Part shown: piece after piece, positions 58,045 through 64,000 of the stretch
How the letters are laid out: each line of letters starts with the position of its first letter
Position numbering within the stretch: position 1 is the stretch's first letter
Assembly (NCBI GenBank): GCA_964427285.1
Contig: CAYRTS010000008.1
Coordinates: forward strand, 7,469 to 71,468
DNA length: 64,000 nt
From: an uncultured Anaerolineaceae bacterium
GTDB taxonomy: Bacteria > Chloroflexota > Limnocylindria > Limnocylindrales > CSP1-4
Direction: 5' to 3'
Program-made: the position numbers and the translations under genes
Notes under the pieces: model-generated
The model's database searches: none
What the model was told of the DNA's origin: nothing
Seen by the model: the letters and a program-made list of their open reading frames with translations, nothing else

Positions 58045-58376
58045 GTTCCCCGTCCCCGCTCGACACCGATGCGCCTGGCGCGACCGGATGCGATGGTGGC
58101 AACCGCGTCCGCGAGATCATCGGCGTACGGTCGGATCAGGTCGACATCGTTGTGCGGGATGAGGACGAAGCCGATTGGGTACTGGTCGAGATGCTGCTGG
58201 TGTGGAATGCCGCGATCCAGGCTGACGATGACGTCAAACCCCTCGTCGATGGCCCGGCTGATCATCTCGCCATTCGAGATTCCCGCGAGTCCGGCGTATG
58301 CGGCCGTCAGGACCTGGTGGTCTGGGAGGAACTGACGCACACCGATCGGAAGCATCTCGTCGAGCAAGACCTTCAC
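58041..58376 (-). CDS. DUF5615-like (PIN-like/Mut7-C-like) toxin candidate
   Basis: MKVLLDEMLP...ISNGEMISRAIDEGFDVIVSLDRG pattern. 4-nt overlap with the upstream DUF433-like gene. Confidence 0.6.
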   Translation of the reverse strand: MKVLLDEMLPIGVRQFLPDHQVLTAAYAGLAGISNGEMISRAIDEGFDVIVSLDRGIPHQQHLDQYPIGFVLIPHNDVDLIRPYADDLADAVATIASGRARRIGVERGRGT

Positions 58377-58588
58377 CCAGCTGTGGCCTCGGCGGCGACC
58401 TGGTGTCGCGCCCGCTCCAGGATGGCAATCGCCATCTCGCGGGACACGGTTGGAAATTGCCCGAGGAAGTCATCGAGCGACTTTCCCGCTTCGAGGTACT
58501 CGAACAGCGTATCGAGCGGAACGCGGGTCCCGGCGATCACGGTGGCCCCCCACGCCACGTCGTCGCTCTGGGTGATGAGTGCATCCAT
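58373..58588 (-). CDS. DUF433-like antitoxin candidate
   Basis: IAGTRVPLDTLFEYLEAGKSLDDFLGQFPTVSREMAIAILE. The ATG at 58588 lies 7 nt after the SD AGGAGGA. Confidence 0.65.
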   Translation of the reverse strand: MDALITQSDDVAWGATVIAGTRVPLDTLFEYLEAGKSLDDFLGQFPTVSREMAIAILERARHQVAAEATAG

Positions 58589-58640
58589 GATGCCGTCCTC
58601 CTGCCTGGCTACTGCGCACACGCTACACCCCGAAGACGTG

Positions 58641-59045
58641 TCACAGCGTCACAAACGTGACCACCGGGGAGAGGCCGGTGAAGTTGGTCCGGATCTCGAT
58701 CCGCTCGAGGTCGCTGACGATCAGCAGTGGTGGGTTGCCCAGGTCGTCCTTGTAGTTGAGCAACTGGAGGTAGGCGGCTTTGAGGTCGTGGCGCTTGCCC
58801 TTGTACTCCCAGGCGAAGAAGTCACGCTTCCAGACATCGGCGAAGCCGTCTCCTCCTCCGGCCTTGGTGACGCGCTTCTCAAAGGCGTACTGCTGGCCGG
58901 TCGGGTCGGCGTCGTGGGGGGTCGGCTCGCCGAGCATCCGGCACAGGTCGATGAAGAGCGACTGGGATCCGGCCTTCTCGCTGGTGGTGATGCCGCGCCA
59001 CTTGGCGGCGAAGGCGGCGGGCGTCAGGGTCGGCTCGGTGGTCAA
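58641..59045 (-). pseudogene. Fragment A+B: N-terminal 134 codons of an MmeI/PglX-type (type IIL / BREX-like) DNA methyltransferase, truncated
   Basis: FAAKWRG..SEKAGSQSLFIDLC..., FADVWKRDFFAWEYKGKRHDLKAAYLQLLNYKDDLGNPPLLIVSDLERIEIRTNFTG is the conserved N-terminal domain of this enzyme class. The ORF stops shortly afterwards. No catalytic or target-recognition domain follows. Confidence 0.65.
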
Positions 59046-59116
59046 GCTCCCCTACGCTACGAAGTGACTCGGTGGCTGAGTCGCTAGCGAGTCTACGCGA
59101 CGGTCGTGGTGATCAC

Positions 59117-59482
59117 TCACAGCCCCATCTGAATACCGCCTACCGCCCCTCCACGAAGCTGTTTGAAGAGGCGCTTGATCGTCGTCGGGTTGTAGACCTC
59201 GCGGCGATCCGCAACCCGGACGATGAGGACAAGCAAGGCGCCATCGGCTATCTGGTACAGGACGCGGTAGTCGCCGACCGCCAGCCGCCAGATCCGTTCG
59301 TGGCTGGTTCCATACAGGAGCTTCGCGCGGTCTGGACGCGGGTCCTCCGCCAGTCCGTCGATGGCGGCGACGACCAGGGTGCGACCGGTGACTGGGAGTT
59401 TCTGGAGCTGGCGTGCAGCACTGGGGAGGAACTCGATTTGGTAGCGGGGCTCGTCGATCCGTCGGTCGTCCCCCGTCGTCAC
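59117..59482 (-). CDS. RelE/ParE-family toxin
   Basis: YQIEFLPSAARQLQKL...RIWRLAVGDYRVLYQIADGALLVLIVRVADRREVY is a typical ParE/RelE signature. Confidence 0.75.
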   Translation of the reverse strand: MTTGDDRRIDEPRYQIEFLPSAARQLQKLPVTGRTLVVAAIDGLAEDPRPDRAKLLYGTSHERIWRLAVGDYRVLYQIADGALLVLIVRVADRREVYNPTTIKRLFKQLRGGAVGGIQMGL

Positions 59483-59740
59483 CTATCGACCCAACCTGGC
59501 TCGCAGTCCCTCCCAGGCGATCCGCTCTGTGGCCCCGGCCTCCGCCAGCGCAGCCCGGGCCTCTGTCAGGTCCAGTTCGTCCTCGATCGCCTCGAGCAGG
59601 AGGACGTCCGACATCGGCACGATGGCGACCAGATCACGCCCGCGGCGCACCACCGTGACTCGTTCCTTTCCATAGGCCACCCGATTCACGACCTCGGCGA
59701 AGTCCTGCCGCGCCTCGCTCATCGTGATGCTGCTCGCCAT
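59483..59740 (-). CDS. Phd/YefM/RelB-type antitoxin
   Basis: MASSITMSEARQDFAEVVNRVAYGKERVTVVRRGRDLVAIVPMSD. ATG at 59740 preceded by AGGAGAG. Confidence 0.75.
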   Translation of the reverse strand: MASSITMSEARQDFAEVVNRVAYGKERVTVVRRGRDLVAIVPMSDVLLLEAIEDELDLTEARAALAEAGATERIAWEGLRARLGR

Positions 59741-59755
59741 AAGCGTCTCTCCTAT

Positions 59756-59779
59756 CGTACGAACCGTACACACCGTACG
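59756..59779 (-). promoter_or_regulatory. Operator-like array: three GTAC-centred sites (CGTACG ... GTAC ... CGTACG) at 9-bp spacing upstream of the Phd/ParE pair
   Basis: Plus strand reads cgtacgaaccgtacacaccgtacg, immediately upstream of the SD and ATG. Confidence 0.45.
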
Positions 59780-59796
59780 TCCCGGGGTCGCGGCTG

Positions 59797-59870
59797 TCAA
59801 CCCGGGGAGAGGCCGGTGAAGTTGGTCCGGATCTCGATCCGCTCGAGGTCGCTGACCATGAGCAGGGCTA
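59797..59870 (-). pseudogene. Fragment B': ~24-codon remnant (..LLMVSDLERIEIRTNFTGLSPG-stop) of the same methyltransferase N-terminal domain
   Basis: 59802-59856 is 55/55 nt identical to 58664-58718. The upstream part of the 113-aa ORF-track model overlaps the SRPBCC gene and looks non-coding. Confidence 0.55.
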
Positions 59871-59976
59871 TCTCACCCCAGCCGAATATCTCGCCTCTGT
59901 CGGGGTCGATGTGTAACGGACGTGCCGGACCAGTACGCCCGCTATGCAGCCGCGCCAGCGTGGATATGCTGCGCGC

Positions 59977-60432
59977 ATGGCTCACTACACGTTCAGCATC
60001 CACGTCGATGCGCCGCCTGAGCCGGTGTTCGCCTTGTGGACGAACCTCCAGCGCATGGGCGAATGGGTCGGTGGCGTGACCGGCGTGACGGATATCTCCG
60101 GGCCGGTGGATCGCGTGGGCACGACCTACGTTGTCCACTTCGGGCCGGTGAAGCGTCCGACGGAGGTCCTCGAAGCCGAGCGGCCCGGCCGCTTCGCCAC
60201 CCGATTCGGCAGCTGGATCCTGCGTGGCAGGTCCAGCGCGACGTTCGAGCCCGACGGCGACGGGACGCGCCTGACGCAGGCATTCGAGACGGTCGGACGG
60301 ATCTCGGCGATCTCGTCGTGGCTGTTCTCGCGTGGCTCCTACGAGGGCAGCTTTCGCGGCGAGCTCGAGAAGTTCGGCAGGATCGCCGAACGCGAGGCGC
60401 GGGGATACGACGCCGACGACGTTTCGGTCTAG
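59977..60432 (+). CDS. SRPBCC-superfamily (polyketide cyclase/dehydrase-like) protein
   Basis: MAHYTFSIHVDAPPEPVFALWTNLQRMGEWV... is a typical START/Bet v1-like N-terminus. Confidence 0.65.
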   Translation: MAHYTFSIHVDAPPEPVFALWTNLQRMGEWVGGVTGVTDISGPVDRVGTTYVVHFGPVKRPTEVLEAERPGRFATRFGSWILRGRSSATFEPDGDGTRLTQAFETVGRISAISSWLFSRGSYEGSFRGELEKFGRIAEREARGYDADDVSV

Positions 60433-60599
60433 TGCGAGCCGCGGCAGCGGAGGTAGACGACACTCGACCTGAAGGTGCGGGTCTCGACGAGTTCGAGATC
60501 CACCCGGCGCTCGCCCTGGGGAACGTACGGGATGCCACCGCCAACTAGATAAGCCAGAGTGCAGTCCGGCTCACCATGATGCTCCTCGACACGTCCGCT
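60429..60599 (-). pseudogene. Possible remnant of a RibD_C/DHFR-family gene (C-terminal ~56 codons, no start)
   Basis: The open frame reads ..LAYLVGGGIPYVPQGERRVDLELVETRTFRSSVVYLRCRGSH-stop. This resembles the C-terminal PvvlGgG...l.L.l.e.r.f.sGvv.L.Y pattern of that family. Confidence 0.3.
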
Positions 60600-60614
60600 T
60601 TATGTCGGACATAA
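60600..60614. promoter_or_regulatory. Perfect 15-bp palindrome TTATGTC-G-GACATAA overlapping a CATAAT -10-like box, 12 nt upstream of the toxin-like ATG
   Basis: Read directly from the sequence. An AT-rich patch in an otherwise GC-rich spacer. Confidence 0.5.
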
Positions 60615-60626
60615 TAGCCAGGTGAT

Positions 60627-60899
60627 ATGGCCATCCGCTTCAGCCGATCAGCCGCTCGGCACGGCATCCGGCAAGATCGGTCGCGCTACGTCGTGGAGCA
60701 ATGCGCGTGCCCGCTCTACTCGGGCGACCCAGAAAGGGAGGGCCTGGCCCTGTTCCTTCGACCTGACGCTCGCGGCGTCCCACTGGAGGTGGTCGGTCTC
60801 GAGCTTGCCGACGGTGGCCTCCTGGTCATTCATGCCATGAGACTGCGCGAGATTCACCGCGACGATTACGCGAGGGTGATGCGATGCCACGGACGGTGA
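60627..60899 (+). CDS. Small toxin candidate (BrnT/DUF497-like, tentative)
   Basis: 90 aa. AARHGI near the N-terminus and LLVIHAMRLREIHRDDY near the C-terminus resemble the BrnT pattern. Toxin-first order, with a 16-nt overlap onto an RHH gene. Confidence 0.4.
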   Translation: MAIRFSRSAARHGIRQDRSRYVVEQCACPLYSGDPEREGLALFLRPDARGVPLEVVGLELADGGLLVIHAMRLREIHRDDYARVMRCHGR

Positions 60900-61198
60900 G
60901 GACGAAGGGCGGCCGGACATTGTCCGAAGCCGACCTCGAGCGCTTGGCGTTGAGCGTCGAGCATGACCTGGATATCTCGTCGTGGAAGCCTCGACCGGGC
61001 CGGCCACCGCTCGACTCGACCGCGACCGCGCACGCTCCTAGAATCGCCGTTCGCGTGCCCGAAGACCTGCACAGGCGGGCCGTGGAGCGCGCCACGCGGG
61101 AGGGCCGAAGCATGAGCGAGGTCGTCCGCGATCTTCTCGAGGGTTACGCTCGCGACCCAGCGGCCACCGGGCCGTCGCCGGCCGGACGACCTCGATAG
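60884..61198 (+). CDS. Ribbon-helix-helix (CopG/BrnA-like) antitoxin
   Basis: C-terminal PRIAVRVPEDLHRRAVERATREGRSMSEVVRDLLEGY is an RHH signature. Confidence 0.6.
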   Translation: MPRTVRTKGGRTLSEADLERLALSVEHDLDISSWKPRPGRPPLDSTATAHAPRIAVRVPEDLHRRAVERATREGRSMSEVVRDLLEGYARDPAATGPSPAGRPR

Positions 61199-61361
61199 GT
61201 CCATGGTTGGTGACCTCCAGGAATGCCCGGCGGCCGAGGCCGCCCCCCAATTGACGGTGACGGCCCAGAGGTACTCAGCGGTCGCGATCTTCGCCTGCTT
61301 CTCCTTCCTGGCTTCGCCGGTGTCGTCCAGGGCAAGCGACCGACCTGGCCACGGCCCTGGG

Positions 61362-62465
61362 TCACGGCGCGGACTGTACGGGGCCGAAGGCGGCAGGCAC
61401 CGCCGTTAGCCACAGGCCAGTGCCTGACGAGCCGTCAGGATCTCCCCCGTACGATTCGAACGCGATGCGCGTCCCATCCGACGACCATGATGGCGCGCCG
61501 TCGTAGCCATCAAATCGGGTTACGGCCATTGGGTCGCCGGCGGCGAGACTGACGATGAACAGGTTTGCGAACTCCAGCGCCCCCTCATTCGAGCTGTACA
61601 CGATCGATCGCCCGTCCGGCGAAAACGAGGCATCGGTCTGGTCGCCCGGCTGGTGCGTCACGCGGCGGTGCTGGCGACCCTCCGGATCTGTCACCCAGAT
61701 ATCCCAGTCGCCCAGCTCGAGCTTCTGATACAGGATGAGATCGCCGCCGGGCGACCAGTTCGGCTGGCGGCAATCCTCATCGGGTTCGGTGAGCGTCGCG
61801 TACTTGCCGGTCGCCAGGTCATAGGTCATGACGACGCCGTTATCTTCAGAGTCCAGGACATGGGTCTCGAAGACCGCCGACAACCCGTCCGGCGAAAGGG
61901 TGGGCTCGTACGCGACAAGACCCTCCCGCGTCGTCAAGCGGATCTCGTCGCCGGGGCCGCCGGCTGCGTCAATAACATAGATCTCGTCGTGCGGGTCGCG
62001 AGACGAGGAGAACACGATCCGGTCGGCGGCCGCGTTCCACGCTGAGCCTGGCAGATTCACATTGCCGCTACCGTCCGCGACGAGCTCCCGCAGTCCGCCG
62101 GAACCGGACTCGAACACGTACAGATCGGCCGGTTCGCGGTTGTAGCCACGGCGAAATCGCGTGAACACGACGGCCGCGTCGTCGGGCGACCAGGCTGGGT
62201 TCTGCAGGCTGCCCTCCAGCGGGATCGCAAGTTGGAAGGCGCCGTCTTCGCGCTCGTCGCCACTTGAAGGGAACGCCGGGGGAACGGCGACCTCCGCGGT
62301 GGCGGTGGCGGTGGCGAGTGCCGTGGGCGCAGGTTGCGTCGGCGTGCCGCCGGCCTCGAGCGTCGGTCGCGGCGGGGCGCTCGCCAGCGTTGGGGTCGGC
62401 TCGCGGTCCTCGTTTCCGGGGGCGATGGAGCCGCTGCATGCCGCCACTATCACGAGAACGGCCAT
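61362..62465 (-). CDS. Secreted/lipoprotein PD40 (TolB-like) beta-propeller repeat protein
   Basis: Repeated PD40 motifs (PAWSPDD..VVF, YEPTLSPDG, PNWSPGG, ASFSPDGRSIVYSS, APSWSSDGTRIAF). MAVLVIVAAC lipobox-like start at ATG 62465, preceded by GGAGG. The upstream ORF-track extension is Arg-rich and overlaps the neighbouring gene. Confidence 0.7.
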   Translation of the reverse strand: MAVLVIVAACSGSIAPGNEDREPTPTLASAPPRPTLEAGGTPTQPAPTALATATATAEVAVPPAFPSSGDEREDGAFQLAIPLEGSLQNPAWSPDDAAVVFTRFRRGYNREPADLYVFESGSGGLRELVADGSGNVNLPGSAWNAAADRIVFSSSRDPHDEIYVIDAAGGPGDEIRLTTREGLVAYEPTLSPDGLSAVFETHVLDSEDNGVVMTYDLATGKYATLTEPDEDCRQPNWSPGGDLILYQKLELGDWDIWVTDPEGRQHRRVTHQPGDQTDASFSPDGRSIVYSSNEGALEFANLFIVSLAAGDPMAVTRFDGYDGAPSWSSDGTRIAFESYGGDPDGSSGTGLWLTAVPAAFGPVQSAP

Positions 62466-62637
62466 CAGCCTCCACGACCGACTCGCCGTGACGCATCGTC
62501 TGCCCCCGGCGCGCCCTTGGTTCAGATCGCGCTGACGCTGATGACCAAGCCTGAGCCGATCGTTACTCACCAAGGCCCTTGTTTGCCCGGGTGCCTTTGG
62601 AAAACGCCGCCAGACACGGATGGACGCCCGGCCAGCG

Positions 62638-63636
62638 CTACTCCTCGCGCCGGTGCGTCGCCGCCAGATTCCCGAGCGCCTGCGAGTCGAGCGCATCGTG
62701 GGGGACACTCGCAACGCGGCCCGGTGTGCGGGCCCACAGCGTGGCTGTTCGCTTGCCATGCAGGAGGCCAGCCAGCTCCCCTACCACGGCGCCCGGACCG
62801 ATTTCGGCAACTTGGCGATCATCGACCTCGACCACGAAGATCCCGTCGAGGATCAGGAAGACCTCCGTGCTTGGCTCATTCTGCCTCACGAGGTTCTGGC
62901 CCTCGGCGATCGTGCGGATCTTCGGCTTCGCGCCGCTGCTCATGATCATGCCCGACAGCGACCGCTCGAGCGCCGACTCAACCGCGGCGACCACTGCCGG
63001 CGAATTCTGTTCGCCCCATGGTGTTCGATCGCCGAACGAGTCCTTGAACCACTTCCCAAAGTCGATCACGCCGGACTTCTGGACGAGCTGGCCGTCGCGG
63101 TCGTAGATCCAATGGCGCGGGAACGGGCTCGCGCCGACGAGCTCGTGGCTCGAGCTGCCGTCGGTGTTGATCGTCAACGCGAGGGTCGTCCACGCGATCG
63201 ACGGCCAGAACTGGACGAACGGCTTGTGCGGCACGGGCCGCGGTGTTGGCAGGCCCATGCGGCCGCCGACCGTCTGGACGAAGCGGGCCGATGACGGGCC
63301 GATCTCCGGCTCCACCTGGATGTCGGGCAGGTGAACGGCGGGAAACCGCAGGGCTGCCGGCCCCACCCGGACGGTCGTGGCGCCGATGTGGCCCTGGCCG
63401 AGATGGCCGGCGCTCACGATTCGGCCATCGTCGACTTCGATGAACGCGCGGACCTCGTTCGCCTCGCGGAAGCGATCGCTCGTCCTGAGCTGCTCGAGAT
63501 CCTCGAGTCGATCCGGTGGCGGCTCGTCGTAATGCGTGACGCCCAGCCCGAATGGGATCTTGGACGGTCCCGAAATCGCCTCCGACGGGATCCACGAGAT
63601 GGCCGTAACGGACGACTCGAAACGCTGGCTAGTCAC
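62638..63636 (-). CDS. Protein with uncharacterised ~230-aa N-terminal domain and C-terminal cyclic-nucleotide-binding domain
   Basis: C-terminal IAEGQNLVRQNEPSTEVFLILDGIFVVEV..IGPGAVVGELAGLL..RTATLWA is a cNMP-binding (CAP-effector) signature. GTG start. Confidence 0.7.
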   Translation of the reverse strand: MTSQRFESSVTAISWIPSEAISGPSKIPFGLGVTHYDEPPPDRLEDLEQLRTSDRFREANEVRAFIEVDDGRIVSAGHLGQGHIGATTVRVGPAALRFPAVHLPDIQVEPEIGPSSARFVQTVGGRMGLPTPRPVPHKPFVQFWPSIAWTTLALTINTDGSSSHELVGASPFPRHWIYDRDGQLVQKSGVIDFGKWFKDSFGDRTPWGEQNSPAVVAAVESALERSLSGMIMSSGAKPKIRTIAEGQNLVRQNEPSTEVFLILDGIFVVEVDDRQVAEIGPGAVVGELAGLLHGKRTATLWARTPGRVASVPHDALDSQALGNLAATHRREE

Positions 63637-63744
63637 CGACGTTCACCTCATACAGGTCGTAGCTGGTTGGGCCCGTTGCCTGTTGATTATGGCGCGGCGA
63701 ACCAGGCTCCGGATCGAACAGCCGGCCCCTGAGCCAGGACGCAG

Positions 63745-64000
63745 TTACGGAGCGATCAATGCGAGATTCGGGAAATACGTCTGGTAGTGCGTCGCGTCGC
63801 GGGTGAGTAATCGATACCCAGCGACCGCGGCATGCGCGCCGATGTAGAAATCCGGCAGCGGTGATCGCCTGAGCCCCCCGCTCGTCGGTAGCGCAGGAAG
63901 CACTTGCCGGCGAGGAATCCGGCCTCGTAGGGAAACTCCTCGCGGCGGTAGAGATCGATCGGAAGCGCAGCCTCGAGGTCCTCGATCGCGTCGAACCCGA
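63745..64000 (-). pseudogene. PIN-domain VapC toxin, partial (runs off the window) and frameshifted at a C6/G6 homopolymer
   Basis: Upstream frame reads ..FPYEAGFLAGKCFLRYRRAGG. Downstream frame reads LRRSPLPDFYIGAHAAVAGYRLLTRDATHYQTYFPNLALIAP-stop. The two frames join only if the run at 63874-63879 is one base longer. Confidence 0.5.

Noticed and set aside
59797-60138. 113-aa minus-strand ORF as an intact gene.
   Set aside because: Only its last ~24 codons match the methyltransferase N-terminal domain. The remainder overlaps the SRPBCC gene on the other strand and looks non-coding.
52293-61198. The island as a prophage, integrative element or integron.
   Set aside because: No integrase, transposase, attC-like repeat set, flanking tRNA or phage structural gene could be recognised. 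Only the methyltransferase-fragment repeats hint at recombination.
62490-62492. An upstream GTG start that would give the PD40 lipoprotein a longer, positively charged signal peptide.
   Set aside because: The codon at that position is GTC (Val), not GTG. ATG 62465 with its GGAGG remains the best-supported start.

Overview
This is a very GC-rich bacterial chromosomal segment. Coding density is high and adjacent genes often share 4-nt start/stop overlaps (ATGA, GTGA, TTGA).

Coordinates 1-52.2 kb are housekeeping core with classical synteny:
- tRNA-Val, then thrS-infC-rpmI-rplT-pheS-pheT
- cvpA-mpg-mutS2, converging on a class A PBP that carries a PASTA domain, then tyrS
- A complete his cluster: a TrpR-like yerC/hisR-type gene followed by hisG-D-C-B-H-F-IE on the minus strand, with hisA divergent
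- An EF-G paralogue
- yebC-ruvC-ruvA, an opposite-strand PaaK-like adenylate-forming enzyme, then ruvB-tgt
- A small Lys-rich ORF, then recA-recX-rny-ymdB and a PHP phosphoesterase
- TerC, miaB-miaA-hflX, a PLP dehydratase-family enzyme and a CPBP protease

From about 52.3 to 61.2 kb the character changes to a dense accessory island. It holds at least eight recognisable two-gene toxin-antitoxin-type modules: HTH-MNT/HEPN, Phd/VapC, HTH/VapC, Phd-like/RelE-like, RHH/PIN-like, DUF433/DUF5615, Phd/ParE and a BrnT-like toxin with an RHH antitoxin. It also holds one uncharacterised two-gene cassette (a DUF5674-like protein plus a small helical protein) and an orphan hypothetical gene.

The most unusual structure lies in this island. 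Three direct, decayed copies of the 5' end of an MmeI/PglX-type DNA methyltransferase gene are interleaved with two-gene cassettes. No full-length methyltransferase, integrase or transposase is present in the window.

The window ends with a PD40 lipoprotein, a cNMP-binding protein and a frameshifted, partial VapC. No rRNA, CRISPR array or recognisable transposable element was seen.

Family assignments come from motifs recognised by eye, not from database searches.
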